Source of the DNA: Dimorphilus gyrociliatus
Taxonomy: Eukaryota; Animalia; Annelida
Assembly: GCA_904063045.1 (NCBI GenBank)
Contig: CAJFCJ010000005.1
Location: 2,846,165 to 2,910,164 of the forward strand
Reading direction: 5' to 3'
DNA: 64,000 bases
Shown here in pieces: positions 12,953-27,444 of the stretch. The first letter of the stretch is position 1. Each line of letters begins with the position of its first letter. The translations under genes were made by a program, and so were the position numbers. Below the pieces are notes generated by a model. The model saw only the letters and a list, made by a program, of their open reading frames with translations. It was not told the DNA's origin and did no database searches.

Positions 12953-13713
12953 ATGGAAAATAGTGATTTAAGACTTAATATTGTTATGCTTGGAGATACA
13001 AATGTTGGAAAATCATGTTTATTAACAAGATTTATTAAACAAAGATTCATTGAAAAAATACCTTTTAAAGCTATTGAATATCAGACAATACCTTTAATTA
13101 GTTTTAACAAAGTTGTTACTTTGCAAATATGGAATTTTATGGGTAATAAGGATTATCAAAAAACTATTCCATCCCACTATTATTCTAAGGCTGACGGATT
13201 TATTGTTGTGTACGATATTACGTCTGATCAGAGTTTTCTAAATGCAAGAACTCTCTGGATGTCTCAGGTGTTAAAAAATGCTCAATACTCTTATAAAGTC
13301 CTAGTTGGTAATAAATGCGATCTTACTATAAATAGAAGTGTTAGTCAGCTGACAGCAAAGGTAAGTTAATGACCTGAAATACGATTCTATCTAATTTACA
13401 AATAATAAAATACATATTCCATAAGCAATTCTCCGAAATTGTCGGTGTGGAAAATATTGAAACGTCTGCAAAATCTGGAATGAACGTTGAAAATTTATTT
13501 CTAAGTCTAGTCGATAAAATTACGGAGAAGAAGTTATGCAACATTGGAAATGATGAAACAGGTTTATAAATAGAATTATATATTGTATATATATATATAT
13601 AATCTTTAGACTAATATGTGATAATAATCGTCTATTCAACTAGATATCGTACAATTCTCTAGTGATAAATCAAAACTCTTACCAAGACAAACAAGAAGAC
13701 TGTAATCTGCTAG
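12953..13713 (+). CDS. Divergent Rab-like small GTPase (last exon uncertain)
   Basis: G1 GDTNVGKS, G4 NKCD and G5 TSAK present; G3 reads WNFMGN; exon 1 ends 13360 (GTAAGT), exon 2 is 13426-13561. Confidence 0.75.
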
Positions 13714-14397
13714 CTTGTGTTATCTCTCTATGCCTCTCTCTTCTCTAATCTGTTTTTGGTATTAGTTTGCTAAAGCTGCCAAAGACGAAGAAAAAGTAAA
13801 GAAACCTTTTTGAAAATTGTTCTCCTATTCAAGTGTTGTTTATTACATTATTGTATCAACTAACCTTCTATACATAAACTGCATATACACATGATATAAA
13901 TAATATACTGTTGATATATTTAGACAAGCTGCTTACCTAAATAAGCATTGTATATATAAATATCTTTATCTCTCCAGGTAATTTCTTGGTATGTTACCTT
14001 CTAGTTAAATTAAAATACAAAAGCTCATCTTCTGAGAAAGAAACTTTTTATTGCGATTATCATTCGAAAAGAAGGAGGAAACCCTTCTTTTATTCCATTT
14101 TTTATGATGAATTTTTGTTAGTATTATTCCCTTTCTTTCTTTCTTATATTGTTTTCTCTATTTAAATCGATATAGCGGTCGTTTATATCTTATATCTCTT
14201 TGTCATATCCTGTATTCTTTTCTCCTGTTTTGTTTGTTTATATATAAAGTATTTATACATAAAAGAGAGAAATAAAATAAAGAAAAAGTATCAAAAAGTA
14301 AAAATGTCAGCTTTTGATTTAATAGAACGAATATTGCTAGGAGATAGAGCTATTACCTGCTTAGGAATGCATTGATATGGGATATTAGCTTATATAG

Positions 14398-14403
<6 letters not shown>

Positions 14404-14435
<32 letters not shown>
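14404..14435. repeat. (AT)n microsatellite
   Basis: Pure AT run. Confidence 0.9.
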
Positions 14436-14437
<2 letters not shown>

Positions 14438-14679
14438 GCAACTATATATTTAACTATTTGTAGTTATGGTATTTACCTTGTAATAACAATTGATAGGTTT
14501 TTTTTTCTTTTAGCCTATAAAATCCTGTTTAACTTCACTCTTCTCAATAATTTATCTAATTTTTAATGTAAATATTATGCCTACCGTTCAAAAAAGGGCA
14601 GGTTTGTTTCATTTAATTATAATATCATAATTAGTAGGAAAGTATTCAAGTAATTCAACTATATTCAATTGATATACAG

Positions 14680-17600
14680 ATGGTAAAGAATTTATTAGGA
14701 AAAAGGGTATATTGGGCGGTTCTACATCCGTTTTAACCGCTGTAGCGAAACTTAAGAAGTCAACAAAGCAAAAAAGTATGTTATTTGTTTTTTTTATAGA
14801 TGAAGGTTAATTTATTTATAAATAATTTCTCTTAAAGAAAAGCTGCCGAAACTAGCTAAAGGTTCAAACAGTACAGATGGTTCTACGAAGAAAAAGCCAG
14901 GAGGACAACTAAAGAAAAGAGGTTAAATTAATTAACGATTTTATTCACTTTTCAGCTAAAGATTAGCCTTGTCTTTCAGAATCTAAGACTAAGCTACCTG
15001 CAATATCGCAAGAGGCTGACGAGAAACTTGACAATGTCGTTGAATTCTTAGATAATGAAGGTTTTTACCCTTCCTATCTCTCTCTCTCTCTCTCACTATC
15101 TCATTCCTCTTTAATTGGCTCGATATATTGTTAGCAATAAAGCAATCTTTCCCCTAAACAGAAGCGAATGATGATATAATTATTCTTCCAACAATTGATT
15201 GCGTAATAACCCTATCAAATGAAGAAAATGATATTTTAGACAGGGAAATTCGTAAGATATCCATTGATGGTGGATTCGATCGTCAGTTAATTTATTTGAT
15301 TAGCTTCTTCAATGTTTACCTTTCCCTTTTTCCTAGAAACATGTTCTACTCAAGAGAGAAAAGCTTTGGTAGGTGAGCTTCATGAAAAAGAAAAGAAGAT
15401 TTGCGAGGATCTTCAATCTGCTATTGCAGCAAATGAACCAGCAAAGGAAAGTCAATGCTTGCAGAGATTAGGAGATAACTTTCTACATCTTGCAGTTCGT
15501 GCTGAAAAAGTTGAGTTCTACATACACGCAGCTGCAATGTATAACTCTGCAATGAACAAAGAGAAGAATGGAAATAAGCAGTATCAAATATTAGCGAGAT
15601 TAATTGAAGTACAAAGAAGATTTCTTCAGAGTGTACCCTGGAAACGTTCGACAACTATGGATTGGAAAGACGAAAATATTGATAGATCTTGTGGAGCCTC
15701 TCTTCGTAAGGAATTGAAGCATATGAGAGGCATTATTAGTGAAAAATTGGATAAGCTGAATAATTTGTGGGTAAATTTAGACTTGTTTGCTGAGAAGCCT
15801 GACAGGTTTTTATATAACAGATTTCATTATAAATAAGAATAATATCATATTTTTCCTTTCCAACTACAATACAGATTAAATTTAGAAAAGGAGCTAATCG
15901 ATCAAACTCATAGAGTAACTCATTGTACTAAGGATGATCTTAAAGCATGGTTTCATAAGATTATCTTATCTTGTAGGAAAGCTCTAGGATCACCTCCGTG
16001 TAATTACGCAATAATAGGCGTTGGAGCGCTAGCAACTGAAGAGGCTACACCATTTTTTGATCCTGAGTTTATCATTATTGTTGAAGATGAAAGCAGAAAG
16101 ACAAAAGATTATTTTACATACTTAGTCCATCTTATACACATTAAAATTTTATCTTTGAGAGAAACGCCACTTCCGGCAACTGGAATAAAAATTGTTTACG
16201 ACTTTTATAATAGAAATTTATACGCCTTTCCAGATTTATCGACTGTCAATGGAGTCAAATTTGATTATAGTAGTACAACAGCTAGTATTACTCCATTTTC
16301 TTTAAATAAGAACAGAAGAATATCAAAGATATTGGGCGAAAACCAATTAACTTTCATTAAAACTGCTAATTCTATGGCGAAATTGCAGACACTCGACAAT
16401 TCGAAGGCTTTAGGTTTGCCTCTTTTATATCGTTGAACTTATATTATATATCAAACTCTTATCAGGTGAAATAATAGCTACAAAACTATTAACCATCACT
16501 CTGCTTGACGGTGACAAAGAGCTAATGGAAACCTACGATAAAGCTATGATAACAATATTAGCCCAAAAGATTAATGACAATTCTACAATTGGGGGGGAGA
16601 GAGCTCAAATTTTCTGGAATAAAATGGTTCGGAGCGTCCAATCCCATCCAGATTCTGGGAGGCCTGACGACTGTATAGATTTGGTTCATGCTGTTCAAAA
16701 GGAATTGGAGATGATATCCTTATCAATGTACGCTTTGAAATTATCTTATAGGTTAAAAGCGAAAGCACCTTGTAATATAACACAGGAATTAAGAACCAAA
16801 ATGCTTGTATCTGATAGCGGAGAACATGATCTAAAATTAGCATGGTCGGTAGCAAGGTTCGTTAGACTAAGAGTTCATTCACTGAACCAAAGTCAGAATC
16901 TAGTAAATAAGTTATTAGAAAACGAACATTTAGATATGTCTAAACACGTCTTCTACTTAAAAAATGATGCACCTCTACATAGATATTACGCAACGCTGTT
17001 GCCACTTTTACAAGTCTACTCGAAAGAATCTATATTAGCCAGATACGCTCTAAAAAATATATCTCTATTTAGTACGGAACATAATGTTAAAGCTCACGTA
17101 TCTATAAGACTATTAAGGTACGAAGAAGCCTTGGAAGCTTACGAGAATCATCTTGACGAATTAAATAAAGACATTCAAACGTCTGACGTAAAGGACGAAA
17201 TTTTTGACATTCATACTAGAATGGGTTTGTTAGCCGTTAGTTTAATGAGAAGTAAACAAGCAACTGAATACCTAACAAAGGTAATATAATAATTAGTACC
17301 TACAATCTTAAAAATAGAAACAATGATTATTTACTTCCTTAAAAGGCTTTAGATTCAAAAGAATTAATATTGGATGATGAAAAGCGTGCTAGTGCATTTG
17401 TCGAATCATGGCATAATTTAGGCCTAACATACCTACAAGATGGAAAATTTGAAAAAGCCGCAAAATATTTTAAAGAAACAGCTCGTCATTATAAAGAGAA
17501 CATTTGCGAAAATGAAATAAGTGAATTAATTGTAAGATCTGAAATGAATTTGGCTAGAGCTAAATGGAAGCAAGGAAAGTTAAGTAAGGCTATTGAGGCT

Positions 17601-20438
17601 TTTATGAGAGCTGCTGATTCCAGAATTCAAATGAGCGGTGAAACAATAGATGTCGCTGAAATTTACTTGAATATTGCTACAATTAAACTAAGAGTTGCTG
17701 ATTTTAAAGGAGCTATATCCTATTCAAGACAATCTCTAGATATTTATCAATTAGTTGTTGCCGGTCACGCGCCATCCTTTCAAGTAAAATAACTTTTAAT
17801 ATTTGTTTTATAAGTAATTAATATACTTTTTTTTCTCCTCTCTTCTTCATCTGTCGAAACATGTCAGGTTTCTATTGCGATGAGATTAATGGGAATATCA
17901 TTAGAGCATTTAGGAAAGCCAGCTTTATCTCATCTTTATTGTATGCATAGTCAAATGCTAATGAACGCCGTTACAGGCGATGTGTCTGATAAAGAAAGTG
18001 AACACTTTCAAGTTGGAGGAGAATACTGGCTACCTCAAATGGCTAGGGTTTTATATCATTCTGGAAAAACTGCATTCCAACAGCAAAAATTTGACGACGC
18101 GTCAAAATTATATTCCTTATCTGAGAGAGTTTATGAAAAGATTTTAAGCGTTACACCAACGAATTGCAATCTAGATTATGCAATAGTCCAAATGAATAAT
18201 GCAGCAGCTTGTGAACGATTAGAAGCCCACGATTTGGCAAAGGCTAAGGCTGAAGCATCTCTGTCCATGATAAATAAATTATTCTATTCAAAGACAAAGA
18301 AAAATTCAGTAAATAATGTCTATATAGCAAGAATTAGTTTGGTTTATGGTTCAATTTTGTCAAATTTAAAAGAGCATGATACCAGTAAAAAGATATTACA
18401 ATCAGCTTTATCAATATTTAAGAAAGAGATGCCACCTTGTCCAGAACTGGCCGTTGTACATGAAAAATTGGCAGAAATACACGCCTCTAATAAAGACTGG
18501 AATGAGGCTCATAAATTTCAATCAGGATGCTTAGATGTTTCAAAAACTGTGTTCGGAGACAGCCACCCATTGGTCGCTAATTCCCGAAGAATTCAAGGTC
18601 AATTCTTTATGAAGCAATCGAAATTTTTGGAAGCTCTTGACTCTTTGGAAACGGCTAAATCGATTATGGAAAAAGTTAATGGAAAAAAGTCATTGACCTT
18701 ACCTTTCGCTGATATTCTTTTCGATTTAGGCCAAGTATATAGGGATTTAAAGAATAAGGAAAAGGGTGAAATCGCTCTATTGCAGGCACTTAAAATAAGA
18801 AAATCTGTGTATGGAACTTTACCACATTTAGAAATTATAGCATCTCTTTCTGCAGTTGGAGATTTTTATAAGCAATTCGAGGAAATTGAGAACGCCATTA
18901 AATTTCACAAAGAAGCCTTTGATCTACTAAAATTAGGCAATTATGATAATACGAGCCTAGCGAAGGCTTCGGCGACCTTAGCCCAGGATTATCTTTCTTC
19001 GAAATTCTATAACGACGCCCTTCACGCATTCGATTATGCTATTGAAATGAGAAGGAGGGCGCTGGGAGATTCTTCAGCCGAAGTTGAAATAGCCAAATGG
19101 CTAAAACTGTTGGCTGATACATATAATAATTTAGGCCAAAAGCAAAAAGCAATAGAAATACATGCAGAGTCTTTAAGAATTAAGAGAAAAGGTGGCAAAG
19201 ACGGAGACCACGATACTATACAATCTTTAACTCATATTGCCAAAACATATGAGTCAAGCGGAAATTTGAGATTAGCAATATCACTTCACAGGAAGTCATT
19301 GGAAAAATTACAAAAGCTTTATAAAAAACCTAATAAAGACATTATGGAATGTGTAAAATCATTATCCATAGCTTATTACCGACTTTCAGAAAATGAGCAT
19401 GCCTTACATTATGCTAAGAAGTACTTGAATCTTTTAGAGAATTTAGATAGTACGAATAATGATGAAAAGAGTTCCGCTTTGGCTCATCAAGCAAGAATTT
19501 ATATGAAATTAGGCATACACGGAAAAAGTAAAGAATATTTTGAAAAAGCCCTTGAACTATTACAATACAGTGGTAAGGGCCAAAGTTGCGAGTCAGTACT
19601 GATATTGAAGGATCTCGGCGGAGCGCAGAATAAAGCTGGAGATTCCGAAGCTGCAATAGAATCATTAAACAGAGCAGTAGAAATGAGCAGAGCTATCGGC
19701 AATAGGCGACAGATTAAATTACTATTGGCCCAATCCCTTAATAAATTAGGTGAAGCTTACGAATCTTTACCGAATTTATCATTAGCTCACAGGAATTACT
19801 CTGATTCTTTACAATTATTTAATTCTTTACGAAAGGATAGTGAAGAATTGCAGTTAGAAGTTGCTAGATTAACTAGGAACTTTGGAAGGGCTGAATGCAA
19901 TATTGGAAGATATGAAAATGGTATTGAAAATATTCAACATTCAATTAAGCAGTTACAAAAGATATACGGAGAAGGTGCAACAACTAAGGAACTTTCGCAA
20001 GCTCAACACGAACTTGGTAAGATGTTTGTAGCTGCCAAGAGATATAAGGAAGGCCTAGAAGCTCTCAATACGTCGTTAAATATGATGAAACAAGTCTACG
20101 GGTATCAGGCTGCAAACTTTTATATAGCAGTTTGTCTTGGTGATATTGCAAGTTGTGAAGAAGTTTGCGGTAGATTAGAAGATGCGCTTGATAGTTATAA
20201 AAAGAGTATTGGCATGTATGAGAAATTAAATGTTGGCGACTGCGATCATCCAACAATAGCCGAACATACTCTCTCCTTGGCCAGAATATCAATGGGATTA
20301 CGGGAAAAGGAAAATGCTCTTCAGTACTATAAAAGCGCCTGCCAAAAGTTACTATCCCTATACGATAATTATCCTAATGCTCCAGCATTTCAATCTGCTC
20401 TAACAGAATATAAAAAAGCACAAGGAGCAAGTGTTTAA
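14680..20438 (+). CDS. Large protein: basic N-terminus, DUF294-like (GlnD/GlnE-type) nucleotidyltransferase and helical domain, long TPR array
   Basis: PPCNYAIIGVGALATEEATPFFDPEFIII (about 15990-16080) resembles the DUF294 NTase signature; ...LAWSVARFVRLRVH resembles the DUF294_C helical region; ORFs 17370-17792 and 17880-20438 are kinesin-light-chain-like TPRs. Short upstream exons join in frame from ATG 14680 (an upstream exon cannot be excluded). Confidence 0.75.
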
Positions 20439-20932
20439 ATCACTGTTACACTTTTCTATTATGGTCACGTGATCCACTACCGTCTTGACAACGAAGCAGA
20501 CGACATAAACAGTATTAATACGTACAAAAAGAACAAAATAGCTAAGGAATGGAATAAAAAATCAATTCAACTAGGATTGATTATACAGAAAAGAGAAGAA
20601 AGACTTGAATTCTTCCTCGTTATTTTATATATATATATATTTTAATAAATATATATAAATTTTAACATTGAATAGACTTTTTTTAAACTTCATATCAATC
20701 GTCTACAACTAAGAAAGAAAGACTAAAAGAAAGAAAGAGAGTGAGATAAGACTATTCAATATCAAAATATTTTTACGATATTGATAATCGTATGAACCAG
20801 TAATAACAATATCAAAATTACAATTCGGATATTCTTAAATTCTCAGTCTTTTTTTTATAACTTTCCCTGTTTTTTGCCTTCAACATTCAAATCAATCAGT
20901 TATAAAAGAGATATAAATTGAAAAAGATAAAA

Positions 20933-23141
20933 ATGAGTGGACCTCTGTCTAATTTGAAAAAATCTCGTAAAGCTCCTTTTAATCTTAATAATTCATCTGA
21001 CAACGAAAATCATAGAGGGTATTGATATTTTAATTACAATTTCAATAACAAAATTAAAATCTTATTTATCTCTTCTAATCTAACTTTTTAATGTTTTTCT
21101 TCATTTTTTTTTTTAATAAAAACTTCATTAGACGTAACGTTCCATTTCGGCACCCTAATTATACAGGTAAGCAGCTTATTATACCGTATATAATCTATTA
21201 GCTATTTTGCTTTTAAACAAACCAATTTCTCTGCTAGAAGGTGAAAGTTCGTTTCTAAGCGAAATTAATAGAAAACCTGGAAAATCTACAGAACTTTCAA
21301 CAAGTATAATGTCTTCCAATAGTAAATCAACTGGTGGAGGAGCTGCTGTCGGTTTAGGTAATAAGAATAATAGAAATATAAAAATCATCCTCTTCCTTAA
21401 TATTCAATTATCTTGAAATATATATTTAATAGGAGGAGATTTCGAATTGATGGAGAAATTGATGAGAAGATTAGGTGAATTAGAGCAATATTGTACCAAA
21501 CAAAAGGTTATTATTAATGATAAGGTCAGTACAAAATATACATTATTAGGCCTAAAATACCCTTTGGGGCAAGAAATATTTATATACATGAATATATGAA
21601 CAGGACAAGAGAATTAACGTTTTGGAAGAGAAAATAAAGCTTCTTAATAAGTCTAAAGGTAAAAGTTGTTTCTTGTTTAATTTGTCTTATTAATGTTAGC
21701 GTTATTACCTTTTTTCATGTTAGAATATCAAGAAGAATTAAGAAGCGAAGAAGATAGAAGAGTCTATGAATTAGAGAGACAATGCTCCTCTCTTAAGCAG
21801 CAAATTCAGGATATGGAGGTAAACAATTTCTACTTTTAGATAGTCTTATCTCTCGTTATTTTTTATTTAGGCGTTTCTAGCCGACTACGGAATGATTTGG
21901 GTTGGAGGGGAAAGAGAAGATGAGAATGTTGAGGAGCAAGAATCCTCTGGAAGTTTCACTGAAAGGGGAGGCCTATGGGAACAAAGTACGTATATGTTTC
22001 ACACAGCCTTCTACTATACTTTTATCAAGTTTTATAAAAAATTATCATTTAATTCATATTTATTCTTAAAATAGCATCATCAATACCGGCTAATTCGGCT
22101 ATAAATTACGATTTAATACTTAAGAATATCCGAGAATTGAACGAGATTGTTGACGAAAGTCGAAAAATTGAGAGGACTCCAGATGGTGCTAAATTTGTCA
22201 GCCAAGATCCAATTCCTCTAACGCTATACGCAAATGGAATATTAATGTTTAATGGCCCGTTTAGGCCTATGGAGGAGCCATCAACCCAACGTTGTTTAAA
22301 GGATTTATCTGATGGTTACTTTCCATCAGAATTACAAAAGCGGTACCCCGATGGAGTTCCATTATCCGTTCAAGATAAGAGAGATGTTGTATTTAACGAT
22401 AAGAAATCCGTTGTATTTACTGGCTTAGGACAAACTATTGCTGGAAAAGTTGTTGGTGAAACAAACATTGAGCCAGAGCAAACCAATACAAACAACAAAA
22501 TAACAACGGAATCATCAACAAGTTTGTAACATTAATATATACAATATGTTTGAAATTTACATAAATTTATCCTTATAGATGATAGAAAACTCACCGTTGA
22601 TCAATTTTTAAACAAATTGCCTCAATCGGTCATAAAAGACGGAAAAGTTATCGATATTAGGAATTCTGTTGGGAAATCTTTAAAGGTTCATATCGAGCGA
22701 CCAATTAAGTAGGCCTTTTCGTAAATTCTTATTTATCCATTACAGCAAGGGGGCGAAACTCAGCCGAATAAAGTTAAAATCATTGAAACAACAGTTGTTA
22801 GCGAAATGAAAGACCGTCTAAAAGTCAGCGAAGAGAACAGACCTCCCAGTTCACGATACGTAACTACACTGAGAATAAAAGATGATAACCAAGAGTATAT
22901 ACTAAAAATGAAGTATACTGATAGAGTATCTGATGTACGACGTTATTTAGACGCTCAAAGGTACTGCAATTTTGAATAAAAGTAAATAAAAATAATGTAA
23001 TGTCTTTATAGGCCGAAGGAATCACCAAATTATGAAATAATGTCGGCCTTCCCAAGAAAAACACTAAAAAATTCGTCTTTAACTTTAGAAGAATGTGGTT
23101 TAATACCAAACGCAACTTTGCATTTATCCGTTCGCAAATGA
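20933..23141 (+). CDS. UBXN11: UBX domain protein 11 (coiled coil, SEP, UBX)
   Basis: N-terminus MSGPLSNLKKSRKAP resembles UBXN11; SEP-like LTLYANGILMFNGPFRP...DGYFPSELQKRYPDG; C-terminal UBX ending PNATLHLSVRK*. Confidence 0.88.
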
Positions 23142-24009
23142 AATCTCTTCTTATATGTTCATTAAACCTAATACAGTATATTTGAACAGTTAGTTTAAAA
23201 CTATTAAACAAACTCTCTCTATTCAACACCAAATGGATAGTAAGTATTCACTTTATGGCAATTCAACGGCAATTGTTAACAGCTGTAGAACACTTTTAAT
23301 TTACAAAGAGTAGCATAATCTTCTTCATTAACACATTCTAATAAAAATTTAATTCTTATTATAAGTGGCCCTTAGCTAATTAATTATCATTACACCAAAC
23401 ATAAAAGAAAAGATATGTTATTACATTTCACAATACAAAACTAAAATAGCCTATAAGTTTTCTCTTCCAAGAATGAAGCAGAATAAAGCGCAATACCTTG
23501 GTTATTTTTCATACATCCTTGTAAATTCAATATCTAGATCTGAATTCTTTTGTTCGGTTAAAAATGATTTAGGTTAAGATGATGGGAAAATGTTAACAAC
23601 AAGTATTTATTATTAGTGATATATTTGTACATTCTTATAACTGTTTTCCCAGGTCATTATGAATCATTGCAAAAAGTTAACAACCTTAAAACAGGTTACG
23701 CTAAAAATAATCAACTTAGATATATTTTAAACTCTGCCCTTTCACCAACATCTTTGAAATTTTCTTCATACTTTATTAATTATACTAAGAGTTATTCTAA
23801 AATGAAATTAAAGTTCATAGTTAAAAGATTGACAGGTAGGAATATATAGGATCAGGAACGAACTTTTCAGATAAAGTTCAATGAAAAGCTAGGTCATTTC
23901 TCCAAAATAACAAGATAAAAGCTACATTGCTCGATTGAACTACATTATTATGAATTTCATTGGAAAATGGAAAGGAAATCTCCATGACAAGTCTGGTTTA
24001 GTTATTTCC

Positions 24010-24014
<5 letters not shown>

Positions 24015-24045
<31 letters not shown>
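24015..24045. repeat. (TA)n microsatellite
   Basis: Pure TA run. Confidence 0.9.
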
Positions 24046-24048
<3 letters not shown>

Positions 24049-25461
24049 TATATACAGCTCTGAACGATTCTAAACAATTTCAGTAAAAGAATATATGTTA
24101 AATTGAAAGAATCAAAAATTAGAACATCTCAAAAAAATAAGAGACAAGATTGCCTTCAGGTAAGATGCTATTCTCTGTCGTTGGAATACTATAAAAGTAT
24201 AAATATGTAAGTTGTACAGTACCATGTACATAGGTAAAAATAAGAAAAAAATATATTTTTAACAGATTTTAGATGAAATTTCTGACTGTAACAGCTACAT
24301 ATGCTCCCATTGAAAAAAGGACTATCACATTAAACTCATCATATTTCTGAGATATTAAGCAAAAAACACATAGATAGTCTGTCTCTAGAATGATAAAAAG
24401 AACATTATTAAATATATTAAGAGCCTTCATATCTTTTCTTTAAGTATGGAAAGGGAAAATATCAAAAAAATATATATTTTATTACATGGTGTAACAATGA
24501 CTATTGGTCGGTACTGTGTATACCAGAAGTTATAATAGGAGATTAACTTTTCAACGCCTAATTATAGTCGATATGAAGGTTAAAGACATCTGGAATAGTT
24601 CATATTTTAAAATATTTGATCTTCTATGTCTAAAATGTCAACTTATTCTATCTTTTTCACCAAAGTAGAAGTATCTCTTTGCTACTTTTAAAGTATTCTT
24701 TCATAAAGATTACATACAAAATGTACAGGCCGTTTAAAATTTACATGTTCAGTGTCATATAAGTTTTGGGAATAAACTTTCATTTGCTCCTCTTAAACAT
24801 GATTTCTCAATTAAAATAACCATGGCCAATCTTATTGAAACATTCTATTTCAAAGTTTCTATTACTTTACTTTCTTTTGTGTCTCCGCCTCCCTCCCACC
24901 AAGGAGAAGTGTTAGTTTTCTCCTATCTTCCTAAGTTTTAAAAAATCTAATTATTTATCCTTATGATAATTAATACAACAAGCCATTGAAATGCAATACT
25001 TTCAACAATTACTCTTAAGTAATTTTAATGCATTAGCTATAATCAGTTCTTTTTCAATATATAATGTATAGATATAAAATTTGGTAATTAACATTCGTTA
25101 CTATTTATGGAAATGATAACTATTCTTATAATCTAATATTTCTTGCGACATTTACAGCCTTAGAATCGATTAATAATAAATCAAAGCTTAGGCGTCAGTA
25201 ATTTGCAAGCAATAATTAGAAAAGTGATGAGTTGGGACAAAAGTTGATTGGACTTATGTAAATCAGACCAATCACGTGAGCTATCTGATGATTATTAGAT
25301 GGCTCAATGTCATCCTCAGTGTTCGAATGTTGTAACTTTTTACCGTATTCTCTCTTTTTGAAACGTTTTCGAACAATTTTCATAAGGAATGTGAGATATA
25401 TTTTCGTATTTCATTTTTATAGTTCAAAATAAGTTTCTTCTTTAAATTCATCTTTTTTTAG

Positions 25462-27444
25462 ATGTCTTCAAAAGAATGTGCATCAGTTATTGCAAGTTTG
25501 GAGGACGTTAACAAGAATTTAACACAAATTCTAAACTACTTTCAAGTAAGTTTTTCATTATTCTTCTTTTGGTTTCAAAACTTTAATGAAGAAAAAAAAT
25601 GTCGTAGAAAAATGATATTGACATCTCCCACTTGGAAACAAGAAATTCTAAGAATAAAAGTTTTAAAAAGGACATTCTATTGAGTATAGAAACTCCTAAG
25701 AAACTTGATTCTATTGTAAAAGATATCCAAAAAGTTTGTCCAAACGTTGAAATTCAAGATGTATCGAATGTTATCAATGGTAAGAAGTTTTATCTTCTCT
25801 TACGAATGAGATATAGAGGGGAATTATTTGCTTTCAAGGTAATGAAACAGTTTGGTTTCCTAGAAAAATTTCGGACTTGGATAATATTACTAGAAAAGTA
25901 TTGATGTATGGTTCTGAATTGGATGCTGATCATCCAGTAGGTGGCGTTTATCTAATATATACATGAGATTTTAATAAGAAATTATGCAGGGTTTCAAAGA
26001 TGAAGCTTACAGAAAACGAAGGCTAATGTTTGCAGACATCGCCTTTAATTACAAACAGTAAAAAAAAAGTCTACTATTTTTAGAATTTATACATAATTTG
26101 TCGTTTTTTTCCCCTCCCCCGCTTCAATCCTCATTTAAAGCGGAATTCCTATTCCAAGAGTTGAATATACCGAAACTGAAACAAAGACTTGGTACATACT
26201 TTCAAAAATACGTTATTTATTAACCTACATGTTATTTATATTTAAACTTTTAGGAAGACTATTTACAAGGAATTACACAAGATCTATCCAACTCACGCCT
26301 GTAAAGAATATTTAGAAAATTGGCCTTTATTGGAGAAGGAATGTGGCTATAGGTCTTCCTCTTTTATAATTACTTATGAGTGTATTAACTTAAAGATCCT
26401 TTTATATATTATAATAGTGAAAATAACATTCCACAATTGGAGGACGTATCAAATTTTTTGAAAAGTACATCTCTCTTCTATTTCTCCACTTTTCCAATCT
26501 TTTCATATATTTCGTAAATATACAGCAAGAACAGGATTTTCCGTTAGACCTGTTGCTGGATATTTAACCCCACGCGACTTCCTATCAGGCTTGGCATTTA
26601 GAGTGTTTCATTGTACTCAATACATCCGGCATTCAACTGATCCTTTCTATACACCTGAACCGTAATCTTTTTGTAACAGCAATTTATTATTAAGCTTTCA
26701 CTAAGCTTTCATTCAACTTTTAGTGATTGTTGCCATGAATTATTAGGACATGTTCCCTTATTCGCTAATAAAGAATTTGCGCAGTTCTCCCAAGAAATCG
26801 GACTAGCTTCAATTGGAGCTTCTGATGAAGAAGTGCAAAAGTTAGCTACTGTAAGTATGTTTATAAATAAACATATATGCTTATTATTACAATGGCGTAA
26901 AGGGATATATCATTCTGTACCTAGTGCTATTTTTTCACCGTCGAGTTTGGATTGTGTAAACAAAATGGAAAATTGAGAGTATACGGAGCTGGTTTACTAT
27001 CGTCAATCGGTGAATTAAAAGTATTTATTTAGCTAATTATTCCTTTTAGAGGTAAATGTCTAAAACAAATCAATTGATATTCATTTAGCATGCACTTACT
27101 GATAAGGCCGTCATAAAAGAATTCGAGCCAGAAATTACGGCTAAACAAGAACCTTTGGTTACAACTTTTCAAGATTGCTATTTCTATAGCAACAGTTTCG
27201 AAGACGCCAAAGAGAAACTGAGGTAAAAGAAAAAAACCTTTTATAAAATATTTATCCTACTTTAAAATACCCTCCCAAAACTAGGAAATTTGCTAAAACG
27301 ATAAAGAGGCCATTTGAAGTAAGATACGATCCAGTTACGCAAAGTTTAGAAATTCTCGACGATCCAACAAAAGTTTCGATGGTTTTGGAAAGTGTTCAAA
27401 TTGAGATAAACACTCTTATGCAAGCACTTCTGAAGATGCAGTAA
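25462..27444 (+). CDS. TPH: Tryptophan hydroxylase (aromatic amino acid hydroxylase)
   Basis: [96 protein letters not shown]; these residues fit TPH better than PAH or TH. Confidence 0.9.

Noticed and set aside
23300-25400. Exon-like fragments between UBXN11 and TPH on both strands
   Set aside because: All frames are interrupted by stops and no family motif is recognisable; could be UTR or lncRNA but unsupported.
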